A stretch of DNA of 63,649 bases, the filler included, from Welwitschia mirabilis (lineage: Eukaryota), in the NCBI GenBank assembly GCA_051453625.1. It is 7 parts of one record of this genome, joined end to end, with 100 filler letters (N's around TTAATTAATTAA, not from the genome) between each part and the next. Parts side by side here need not be neighbours in the genome. Positions count along the whole stretch, not along the records: positions 52,691 to 58,347 come from JBOZIK010000001.1; positions 58,448 to 63,649 come from JBOZIK010000001.1; 5 more parts are not named here. The stretch is one strand, 5' to 3'. Shown piece by piece: positions 52,691-63,649 of the stretch. The notes under the pieces were generated by a model. The model did not search any database and had not been told where the DNA came from. It was given only the letters and a program-made list of their open reading frames with translations. Position 1 is the stretch's first letter; each line of letters begins with the position of its first letter. Both the position numbers and the translations under genes were made by a program.

Positions 52691-55600
52691 GCTTGGTCCT
52701 CAATGGCAACACAAATATGATTGTAACCACCATAACCGTCAAGGAAATAGTAAAAAGCATGACCTTGAATTCTATCAAGAATTTGATCAAGAAAAGAAAA
52801 AGGACAGTAATCTTTTTTAGTTACTTCATTTAGTTTGTGAAAGTCTATGCACATACGTCATTTCCCATCCTTTTTAGGTACTACCATCAAGTGGCTAACC
52901 CACTCACTATTAGTAATGGAGTAAATGACTTTAGCATCCATAAGTTTTATGATTTCATCTTTTATAATTTACTTTAAGGCTGGATTAAGTATACATTGGG
53001 GTTGTCTCACAAGTTTAGCATTTTCTTTGAGGTAGATTTTATGTTGCACAATGGAAGTAGGTATGGGTAATAGATCGATATGGGACCAAGAAAATGCATG
53101 AACATTTGATTCTAAAAGAGAGATGAGATCAGATTCTTATTAAGGTGAAAGGTTTTTATTGATAATGATTTACTTATTTTTTTAGAAAATATACTTTAGT
53201 CCACTGTTTAAGGGTTTCAGATTTAGGTTAAGGTTCAGACTATCATCTGGACATCAGTAGTGAACACCATATCTAAAAACAAGAATTCTTAGGGTTTTTA
53301 GTTTCTCAGACTTTTAAATAGATTATAGACTTAGACTCACTACTTTTTAAATCAGAAAATTCAGGTAGAATATGGTTAAACTTAAGTTGATCGTTAAGCA
53401 CATAAAGACAGTCTACTTCTAATTTATCATTAAACAAAGTTGGTGTCTGAATCATGGACCATCTCTCCTCAAGTGGACAGTGCTGTAAAAATAGGTTTGG
53501 TTTTATTTCTTCCTCCAAACATGATTTTATTTATTTCTCCAAACTTAAATCTTTACCTAAATTTTTTTTGGTTACATCAAACACCTTTACTGAAAACTGT
53601 TTATTCCTAAAATGGCACTTCATCAATCTAGTCCTTATATCTATTATGTAATGGGCTGTTACATAGAAAGATCTACTTAGAAGTATGGGACATCCAACAT
53701 GGTGCTCAACTTCTAAAATAACTACATCAATGAGATAGAAGGCTTCCTCTATCTGAATGAATAGGTCCTCAATCACACCTAATAGTTTCTTCACAGATGT
53801 ATTGGCTAACTCTAAGATAATGCGTGTAGGCTTTACTCTTTCTTTCAAATAAAGTTATTGATAAATGTGCAAGGGCATAATGTTAACACTAGCTCCTATA
53901 TCAATTAAGGCTTTTTTAATTCTATGGTTCTCCTCTAAATTAATACTCATGGTTGCCGCCCCTAAATCTTTAAACTTTGGACATTTTTGGTATACCCCGT
54001 TGCTAATAAATTGAGCTAGGAAGAGTTTACTAGGGATGGTTCATTTTTATTTTCCTCTTATTAGGTTTTTTTATAGCTTAGAGTATATTGGATTTTCTTG
54101 TAAAAGTTTCCAAAAAGATAAGTTGATACTCATATTTTACATTAAGGATTTCAAATGATCATCAAATATGGGGTTTGTGTTAAGCCTATTAAGCCATGAA
54201 GTAGTAGGTTTCTTTTGTGAAGGATTTTTCTTTTTGTTGCTAAGTGAGGAATGAAATGAATGATTTTATAAGATTTCTATGTCTTCTTCCTTATCATTCT
54301 TGTTACTTTGGGAAGTTAAATCCTCATGGGTAGGGGGAATTATGTTATTCCACTTCTTATCATCACCTTACAATCTTTTCTCATTTCATTAGGGTTTGAT
54401 AAAGGTTGAATGGCAAGAAACCCTTATAGTCTTTAATTGAAAAGCATGGTATATTGTAAAATACTCATAAAATTTTCTAAGTTGGTATTTATTTTTTCTT
54501 GAGTTTTTCTCAACTCCTCAATAGAATTCCTAAGAGTATCACTATGATTTTGAGAGTTGGAAGGGTTTGTCAAGTTGTTTATGTTGTTGGATTAAAAGTT
54601 TAGATGCTCAAATCTATTTCTCAAAGGTTGAAAGTTAGGATGATGTGTTTGAAAATTTCTAGGATTTGGTTTCTCACTTATCCTATGTTAAAAGTTGTAA
54701 TTTTGGACTTGTCTTTGGTTATGGTTTTGAATGTAGTTAAAAAGTATTTTGCTAAAAGCACAAACTTTTTCATAGATTTTCTCTTTTTAAGTAGAAAGTA
54801 AAGTGCAATCTTTTATAATATTGTAACTAGCTTCATACAAATTACATGTTGGAATAATAACTTCACTCTTCTCGGTTATCACTTTAGCATCAAGGATCAT
54901 TTAAGTGTATTTCTCTAAGGTAAAAGTGAAATCCTTAATGATGCTAGTTGGTTCATTTTCTATTTTGGTTTTATTATTCTTATGTTTGACTTCTTTTAGG
55001 TCCTTAATGATTTGGTCTACTGTTTAGTTTTCTCTAAGTAAGGATTTAGGCCAGGTTTGACTTACTTTCAGTAAATCTTCTAACACCTTTTAAGCATTTT
55101 CTAGGGGTTGGTTTAACAGGTTGCCTTTACAAGAAAAATCTATAAGTTTCTTGGTATAACTGTTCAACCCACTATAAAAATAGTCAATTAACTCTACCTC
55201 TGAAAAGGCATCTACAAGGATTGAATGTAAAGCAACAAAGAATCGCTCATAGGCAGAGGCATAGTCTTCATTAGGCAATTATTGAAAGTTAGTAACTTCT
55301 TTCTAATATTTCTAAATGGTGGTTTCACTTATGAATCTCTTTATGAAGGCTTTTTGAAATTGAATCCAAGATTTAAGGCTTTTATGAGAAATCGTTCTAA
55401 GCCAAATTTTTGCTTTATCTCTCAAAGTGATGGGAAAGATAACTATGTAGGTTGTATCACGTATTCATTTCTTACTATTTTTAGAAGTAAGTATAATTTT
55501 TTAAATGTCGGCGATGTGTTGTAAATTATCTTAATCAGGTTTTCTACTAAAGGTAGGATAAGCATTCAAGTTTCAAAGTTTTACCTCATCAACAGGAAAT

Positions 55601-55950
55601 AAGTCAAAAGGAGTTTGGATTTTATGTTTTTAGCTTGCTATAAGATCTCTTAGAGTAACATGAGAATTAGATTGAAAAGGAGTGGAAGTAAGGATTCTAA
55701 GGACAAGGAAGGATTTGGAGAGATAAATTATTTAAGATTTTGTTCTAATGTCGACATGGTAGCAAAATTAGAATCTATAGAAATAAAAGTGGAAATTGCA
55801 GGAAATTAAAAATCTTGTGTACCTTTGCTATTTTTATCTATTTATATTTTAAGATTTATCAAACCTTTTTTGATGTTTTCAATAATCAACAGCCTCTCTC
55901 TCTAGTATTTTTCTTTTTTATCAAATTAACCATTCATACTAAATCTCGGA
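52691..55950 (-). pseudogene. Decayed gag, protease and N-terminal RT
   Basis: gag PNEDYASAYERF..ELIDYFYSGLN (ORF 55090-55278); protease KALIDIGASVNIMP (about 53875-53915) plus ORF 53531-53848; RT CIDFHKLNEVTKKDYCPFSFLDQILDRIQGHAFYYFLDGYGGYNHI. Confidence 0.93.
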
Positions 55951-56327
55951 TATGTAAATATATCATCTCTTTCGTTGTCCACACGATAACCTAGATGGCA
56001 GAAAAATAGAAACCACAAAAAAAAGAAAAGTAGAAAATAAAAATGAAAACTAACTTTTTGAGAGGAAAGACTCAGAAAACAAACTATTATCTGCCTAGTC
56101 ATTTGGGCAATAAAGAGAACATGGAATTAAAACCCTAAAAATTTAATAGAAAAACTAAAATAGAAATCATGGTACAAAAAAAAACTTTAATTCCAAAAAT
56201 AGAAAACTGATTCTACAAAAATGGGAAAACCTATACTACTGCAGGTACTATTACACCGCTACTATAGTAAGCATCCAAACAGAATTACTTACCGAAGCAA
56301 TGATAACTCTTGAACTTCAAGTAACCT

Positions 56328-56345
56328 TCCATGATAATGATGCTA
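56328..56345 (-). promoter_or_regulatory. Decayed tRNA-Asp primer-binding site
   Basis: TAGCATCATTATCATGGA versus TGGCGCCGTTGCCGGGGA: 7 of 8 differences are G>A or C>T. It lies 3 nt from the LTR end at 56349. Confidence 0.7.
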
Positions 56346-56348
56346 AGA

Positions 56349-57430
56349 TGTTATAGTGCTTATTTATGTAATGTTTACATCCTGATTAGAATCTTATATA
56401 CCATAAATAATATACACAAACACAACACACTAATATAGAAGAAATGACCTGAATGTTGTAATCTGTCAAAGGCCAAAATATGAAAATAAGAGAGTTGCTT
56501 TTGAGATGAGAAATATTATAACCTGACCTACAGAAATGACTTGAAATGCATAAAAATGAAATAAAACACACTTCTTTAAGACTAATCTTGGAAAGGAAAT
56601 AATAATAAACCCAAACTAATTAAGCACAGCCTTAACACAGGTTATCCTCATAATATATATCATAAGAAAAGCTGTCACCAAATATCAAACAACATAAACA
56701 ATAAGGGAGAAGATCATTCATAAATTAAAGCTTGAAAATAAATGTTTATATTAAAAGTCACATGACATCCGTGTTACAAAGTAGCTACACCTAAATGGAG
56801 GAAATGCTATCCATCACCAAGGAAAACATCTCTCTAAAACTACAGGATGGTTCTTCATCCCCTTGATCTCCTATCATGAGTATGTTAGGTGTAATCAAAG
56901 ATGAGAAGGAGTCGAAGTAGATACCTTTACTTATTAACTCAAAACAAGAAATGAAACAGATGGAAAGACATGGATAAGTGCTAACCACCATATAGAGAGT
57001 AGCGCAAGAAAGGTGAATGTTTAGTGTAAGCGTAATAAGAAGCGTTGTCCAGCTAGTCATCCAGATGATAAAGAAGATGATGCCATCTTATAATTAAATA
57101 CTCATTTGCTACTAGTCATACTGCCATTCAAATGTTAATCATTATTAATTGGCATAGTCGTCTGTCCATTTGTCTGAATGATTAAGTGGACGATGGCCTT
57201 TAATAAATTTTCAATTAGTGCATCAGCCTTATTGTTTGCAGAAATTATCATCCAAAATATATATTATTCATATTTTATCAGAATGCTTGTAATTTATCAA
57301 GAAAGTTGTATATTCTCATTCTTTTCATTTCAGCTCTTCATTATCATGAAAACCAAGCACTTTCTTGTCAATTTACCTACAAAACAACTCAAAATACCCT
57401 ATTAAATATGCATAACTTGGTGCTACAATA
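56349..57430 (-). repeat. 5' LTR of the complete element
   Basis: Minus strand TATTGTAGCACC...CTATAACA, followed by the PBS; aligns with 45776-46700. Confidence 0.88.
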
Positions 57431-57651
57431 GTGACTTATGTTATGTAATACCATTTGTACTTGTGTCATATGAATAACTTATATAACATAATATCATTTT
57501 CACTTATGTTTTAGAAGTTACATGTGTTACCTATTACCATTTGCAGTAAGCATGCAAGTCTTGTATGGTAATGTATAGGATACTTATGCCATGTAATACC
57601 CTTTAGACTTATATCATATGATTTCCTTACATTATCTTTCATTATTTACAC
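57431..57651. repeat. Minisatellite continuation (60 bp unit, reverse orientation)
   Basis: Continues in register from 45775: caatgtatgg-[A/G]TGAC-ttatgttatgtaataccatttgtact. Confidence 0.85.
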
Positions 57652-58347
57652 TATTGTTGTGTGAATTTATGCAATCTTAAAGTTCTTTAGGGAAATCTAT
57701 AAATCAAATAACTTATAGAAACATATGCTAATATAAACAGGAGTTCACCTGAATGTCATAATCCTAATGAAGGTACTTAGACTAAGACTTAGAGAATTGA
57801 TTTCCAATATGTTTTTAGTATTTTATTTTACAAAAACTAAATGTAAATAAATAAGTAAATGAAATGTAAGTGAATGAAAATGAAATGCAGGTGGAAATGG
57901 AATAAACTCTCTTGGTTTTTAATTCTTCTATTACAAGGACTAGCCTCTCTATAATTTAGATCAATTAAGAAGAGTATTCAACTAGTTTTTAATCAACATA
58001 AACTATGAGATTTACCAAGTAGAATGTAAAATGTAATTTGAAATAGAATGAAAATATAATGCAAAACTAATACTAAATAAGATCAACCTTAAACAAGGTT
58101 ACCCTTATAATCTATATAAATCATAGAGTTATCACTTTAAGCTATGATCAATGTAAACTATAAGAGACATACAGAATTAAAATGAAATAGTAATTATATT
58201 AATTCAAAAGAGTACTTGAATTAATTTAAGAACTTTACATTTATTTAAAAATAGAATAACAACATCTCAATGGAAGAGACTTAGTCTAACACCAAGAAAA
58301 CTCCTTTTTGTAGCTTTGGATTGACCTCTTATCCTTTAATATTTTGT
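57652..58347 (-). mobile_element. 3' part of an LTR of the same family as 59025-60415
   Basis: Reverse complement aligns with about 59740-60415, including the end motif aattcacac.acaa(c/t)a. No PBS follows. Confidence 0.8.
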
Positions 58348-58447
58348 NNNNNNNNNNNNNNNNNNNNNNNNNNNNNNNNNNNNNNNNNNNNTTAATTAAT
58401 TAANNNNNNNNNNNNNNNNNNNNNNNNNNNNNNNNNNNNNNNNNNNN

Positions 58448-59024
58448 TTTGGATACTTTTTGTAAATCAAGTTGTTAATGGATTGAGCTAGGAAGACTTT
58501 ACTAGAGATGGTTCATTTTTATTTCATCCTAATCAGGTCTTTTCACAACTTAGAATATTTAGGATTCTCTTGCAAAATTTTTTAAAGTGATAAATTTACA
58601 CTTACATTTTATATTAAGGATTTAAGATGTTCATTAAAAGTAAGATTAGTATTCAATATATTAAGCTAAGGAGTAGCAGGTTTCTTACCTTTTTTATGAG
58701 AAGGATTTTTTTGTTTATTGTTTAAGGGAGAAGTGAAAGAATGATTTTCTGAAATTCCTATATCATTTTTTTCCTTATCATTTTTATTACTTTGAAATTT
58801 TGAGGCTCATGGGTAGGAGGTATTGTCTCATTTCTACTTTTTATCACAACCTTACAATCTTTATTATCTTTATTTTGGTTTGGTATAGCTTGTATAGAAA
58901 GTAACTCTTGTGGTATTTGATTAGTAAGTATCTTTTATTATAAAATACTAATAAGATTTTCAATGCTAGAATTTTGTTCTTTCTTAAGTTTTTTTCTACT
59001 TATTAATCGAATTCCTAAGTGAAT
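58448..59024 (-). pseudogene. Athila-like gag C-terminal fragment
   Basis: Aligns with about 4800-5360 and 53980-54535 (KKPATP*LNILNTNLTFNEHLKSL). Cut by the LTR at 59025. Confidence 0.85.
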
Positions 59025-60415
59025 TATTTTGATGCTAATTTATGAGAATTTGATGGTGCATTTGGAGTACTTTTGCAGGACATTCATATAGGTTTTGATG
59101 CAATACTGATAGCTATAAATATTTGATAAGATGATTAGCAAAACATGTAATATCTAGCATTTTTGGCAGTTTTTCGGGCTTGTTCTGATGCTATAGAATT
59201 GGAAGAAGGACTTTATGATGTAACGACTAATTTACCTTGGAGAAAAGAGCAAAGGAAGATCATCGTTTCCACCATCGTCTCCACGACATCCAAGACGATT
59301 AGACTACTGACATGGATAGAAGCCTGCGGTGTTAATAGCAGTACATGGTGCACATGTTGACAGGGCATCATCTACATAGTCATCCAGATAACAGATAGAA
59401 TGACAGAATCGAAACTACATATAAGCAACCCATGAGGCTAATGGCAACACATCGCATACTACCCAAGCTATTAAGGCGACAATGTCCCCTCTATCATGGG
59501 GATGACAGATAGGTCGACAACAGTTTTTACACTGTAGCAATAAATTTCATTATAAATGTAATCAAATGACCCATGTTGGTTCATAGGATTTCTATTTCCT
59601 ACCTTTAGGGTTTTGCCTCCAAATTCCTTAATTGAAAATCTATAAATACCCTTCTCCTCCTTCATTTCCTTCCCATATTTTGTACCCAATACTTGTGACA
59701 GAGGATTGAAGGGTAAGAGGTTCATCCCATGCTGCAAAAAGGAGTCTCCTTGGTGTCAGGATATGTCCCTCTTATTAAGGTGCTATTATTTTGATCTGTA
59801 AGTGGATTTTATTCTGATTTCATTTGGATTAATACAATTTCCTCTTTCATTTTATTATTGTGCATGTCCTTATGATTTAAGTTGGTCTTAGTTAGTGACA
59901 AGCTTTGATTTATTTAGATTATAAGGGTAATCTTTATTAAGATTAACCTTAATTATTAGTAGTAGATTTGCATTGATTTCCTATATCTTTCATATTGCAT
60001 TTCATGTTCTGCTTAGATAGATCTCATAGTTTATATTATTTAAGAATTAGTAAACACTCTTTTTACTTGATATAAGTTATAAAGAATCAGTCTTGTGACA
60101 GAAAAACTAGGATCTAAGTAGGATCTATTTCTATTTCCATTCCATTTTCATTTGCATTCCCATTTCCATTTACTTGCATTTCATTTCTATCTAAGCATTG
60201 CATTTACTTGTGTTATTTTATTTCAGTTTTTATAAAAACAAAAAGAACTAAAAATACCTTGGCAAAATCAATTCTCTAACTCTAAGCCTAGTGCCTTCAT
60301 TGAATTACAACATTTGGGTGAACTTCCATCTATACTAAAGTGTGTTTTCTGCAATTTACATGATTTATAATTTTACCTAAAGGATTTCCAAATTACATAA
60401 ATTCACACCACAACA
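59025..60415 (+). mobile_element. 5' LTR of an Athila-like element
   Basis: Starts TATTTTGATGCTAATT (cf. TATTGCGATGCCAACTT at 34559) and ends CACACCACAACA directly before the PBS. Confidence 0.85.
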
Positions 60416-60418
60416 TTT

Positions 60419-60436
60419 TGGCGCCATTGCTAGGGA
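60419..60436 (+). promoter_or_regulatory. tRNA-Asp primer-binding site
   Basis: TGGCGCCATTGCTAGGGA versus the complement of the plant tRNA-Asp 3' end, TGGCGCCGTTGCCGGGGA. Confidence 0.9.
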
Positions 60437-60882
60437 AGGCCATAAGGAGCTAAGAGGATTATTACTAATTAGATAAGTACCTTGAATCTTTCTGTTTAGG
60501 TTATCTATTTTGAATTAGTGCTATATTTTTTTATCTTAGATTAAAGTAGGTTTATTTTTGTAACTTAAATTTTTGCATTTTCTTTTTGTTTTCCTGTCAT
60601 CTTATCTGTAATCCCCATGACCTGAGAGGAAGCTAGTCTAAAACTTTTTCTGTATTTTTGAATTTTTGTATTTTTGTTTCTGTAAAATAAATCTTCTATC
60701 ATCCTTTCTGTCATCCCCACGACATACCTGGATGATAGTCTGCTATTTTTTCTAAGTTTATGTAATTTCGGATTTTCCATTTACTGTGATCATCATCTTG
60801 CCTATCGTCCTCATGACCAGACAGATGACGGTCTGTTGTTTTTTATTTCTCCACTCTGTAAGTTGTTTGAGCATGTAGGTAT

Positions 60883-63649
60883 ATGATGAATATTGATAAG
60901 AAGATAAAATATTAGAGAGAATGAAACCTAATTGAAGAAAATTTCAAAGAAGGATTAATCAAATTCAAGTTAAATCCAGGTACGCACACCATAGCTATGC
61001 AAATTCCTAGAATTGAAGAAGAATATTTTCTTGCTTTTATTATTTTGGAATTTGATTTTACAAAAGAAAATTATAGTGTAGAAGGTGATTGTATTGTTTG
61101 TTTAAAAATGTTGAATATTTTGAAAGTGTCAAAAAAACAAAATTAAGTAGCTTCTTCTAATGTTTCAATCGTAATAGGAAATTCTTCTTAAAATGTGAAC
61201 GTTATGTTTAGGGATTTAATTGCTAATAGGAAATGTAAAATTAAAAATCCTTTTGATTTACCTCCTAGAGACAATGTAGAATTAAGAAATTTAAGCACTT
61301 AACTAACCTTTTCGAGGGAACTAGAAGAAGATCCTTTTCAACATCTAGCCGACATAGAGCAACTTGTGCTTACATCAAGAAATGGAAAAAAATGTATTAG
61401 TNNNNNNNNNNNNNNNNNNNNNNNNNNNNNNNNNNNNNNNNNNNNNNNNNNNNNNNNNNNNNNNNNNNNNNNNNNNNNNNNNNNNNNNNNNNNNNNNNNN
61501 NCTAGCCGACATAGAGCAACTTGTGCTTACATCAGGAAATGGAAAAAAATGTATTAGTGATCATACATACATGATTATTTTTCCAGTTACTCCTAGAGAT
61601 AGGGCAAAAATTTGGCTCAAACCCCTCCCACATAAAAGTCTTAAATCATGGAATCAAGTGCAAGAAGTATTCATTAAAAGATTTTTGAGTGAAAGTAATT
61701 TGAGGAAGAGAAGAAAAGAAATAACCAACTTCCAACAACAACCTCATGAAGATTATGCAACCGCTTATGAACATTTTATAATTGCTATTCATTCCAACCC
61801 TATTAATGAATTTCGTAAGGAAGAACTAGTAGATTATTTTTATAGTTGGACTGAATGCTTCAACCAAATAACTTGTAGACTTTTCTTGTGGAGGTAATTT
61901 GTTGAACTTACACTTAGATGATGCTTGGAGTATGCTAGAGAATTTAGTGGAAATTAGTCAAACTTGACCTAATCTCACTAAGGAAAACTGTACTATAGGA
62001 CAAATTTTGAAAGACCTAAAAGAGGTTAAACATGACAAGGAAGAATAAAGGGAGTATTCAACTAATTTGATGAAAAATTTTACTACTACTTTATAGAAGT
62101 ATACTCAAATAATAGTTGACACAAAGGTTGTTAAGAATAAATCCTCGAGTTCTAATTGTAAACTTTGTGAAGATGATTCCCATCCAACAAAATAATGTCC
62201 CTTGTTATCAACTTGTAAAGAATGTTTGAGGAAGTATGTGCTTTTAACCAAAGAACTCCTAACTTTAAGAGCCAACCAGCATTTCAACAAAGAATAAGTA
62301 GGCAACTCTAGTGGAAACCATTTGAGAACAGATTTAAGAATTTTAATTTTCAACCAAATTCTTAACAAAATCTAAANNNNNNNNNNNNNNNNNNNNNNNN
62401 NNNNNNNNNNNNNNNNNNNNNNNNNNNNNNNNNNNNNNNNNNNNNNNNNNNNNNNNNNNNNNNNNNNNNNNNNNNNATAAACTTTATGAAGATGATTCCC
62501 ATCCAACAAAATAATGTCCCTTGTTATCAACTTGTAAAGAAAAAATGTTTGAGGAAGTATGTGCTTTTAACCAAAGAACTCCTAACTTTAAGAGCCAACC
62601 AACATTTCAACAAAGAATAAGTGGGCAACTCTAGTGGAAACCATTTGAGAACAGATTTAAGAATTTTAATTTTCAACCAAATTCTTAATAAAATCTGAAT
62701 GATCCCCTTATAGAATCCATTGAGGAAATGAGAAAGGTATAAGAGAAAACCAATAGCAACATTGAAAACTTAGTAAATGTACCTCAACAAACAATTCTTG
62801 ATAATCAAAGACCACAAGGGTTTCTTGCTTTCTAATCAATGCCCAACCCAAATGAAGTTAGAAGAGACTTAAAAATTGTAACAAGAAGTGAAAAAGATAC
62901 AACACCTTCTACCCATAAGGTTTTAACTTCTAAACAAAATGAAGCAATTGAGGAAGATGATGTAGAAATTATAGATTCTTATAACCTTCCTTCCACATCA
63001 TCTACTAAAGCCTCCACCAAAAATAATTTAAAAGAAAATAAGGNNNNNNNNNNNNNNNNNNNNNNNNNNNNNNNNNNNNNNNNNNNNNNNNNNNNNNNNN
63101 NNNNNNNNNNNNNNNNNNNNNNNNNNNNNNNNNNNNNNNNNNNTAGAAATTATAGATTTCTATAACCTTCCTTCCACATCATCTACTAAAGCCTTCATCA
63201 AAAATAATTTAAAAGAAAATAAGGGAAAAAAACCATCCACTTCTTAGCTTGATAGATTAAACACAAATCTTACATTTGATGAACACCTAAAAGCCTTGAT
63301 ATAAGAAGTCAACATTAACCTACCCTTTTGGAAACTCATACAAGAAAATTCTAAATATTCTAAGTTATGGAAAGACCTAGTGAAAAGAAAGCAAAAATGT
63401 GTTATTCCTAGCAAAGTTTTTTTCTTGCCCAATCTCTTTCCAACTTAGTTATAAAAAAAAGTCCTAAATTTAAAGATCCTGGGGCTACAACCATTAGTAT
63501 TACCTTAGAGGGAAACAAAAGAATTATAAAGGCTTTGATTGACATAGGAGTAAGTGTAAACATCATACCTCTTCATATATGTAAAAGACTTGGGCTAAAA
63601 AGCAGAGTTGAACCACCACCTATCATACTAGAGCTAGATGATACCTCAA
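60883..63649 (+). pseudogene. Decayed Athila-like gag and aspartic protease, running off the window end
   Basis: Retrotrans_gag-type IFPVTPRDRAKIWLKPLPHKSLKSWNQVQEVFIKRF..EITNFQQ..EDYATAYEHF; Zn knuckle CKLCEDDSHPTK*CP; protease KFKDPGATTISI..KALIDIGVSVNIIP. Confidence 0.93.

Larger units (their letters stand above)
45776..57430 (-). mobile_element. Structurally complete, decayed Athila-like Ty3/gypsy retrotransposon with extra (env-like) ORF
   Basis: Paired LTRs 56349-57430 and 45776-46700; PBS 56328-56345; PPT 46701-46719; TSD ATGAC (45771-45775) / GTGAC (57431-57435). gag-PR-RT..IN are in order; the middle of pol is lost in linker gap 52591-52690. Confidence 0.88.

Overview
Very AT-rich, gap-ridden eukaryotic sequence, almost certainly from a plant (probably a seed plant). 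It is made almost entirely of old, nested, decayed LTR retrotransposons. I see no intact host gene, RNA gene, CRISPR array or intact transposon ORF. The window holds: (i) several Athila-like Ty3/gypsy elements with tRNA-Asp primer-binding sites (PBS), including one structurally complete element at 45776-57430 (-) with both LTRs, a target-site duplication (TSD) and a decayed extra env-like ORF; (ii) a gypsy gag-PR-RT-RH-IN relic at 19106-23950 (+); (iii) at least four Ty1/copia relics; (iv) solo and partial LTRs; and (v) a degenerate two-unit minisatellite with foldback segments, which appears to be the DNA that several elements inserted into. Decay is dominated by C>T/G>A changes, especially CAG>TAG, as expected from methylcytosine deamination. 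Six 44N-TTAATTAATTAA-44N linkers and many 100-N gaps flanked by duplicated sequence are assembly artefacts, so contiguity across gaps is uncertain. I cannot support a genuinely new biological system. The best leads are two relic accessory ORFs, the foldback minisatellite and conserved hairpin motifs in the gypsy 3' non-coding region. All alignments and translations were done by eye, so boundaries are approximate unless TG/CA ends, a PBS, a polypurine tract (PPT) or a TSD is quoted.
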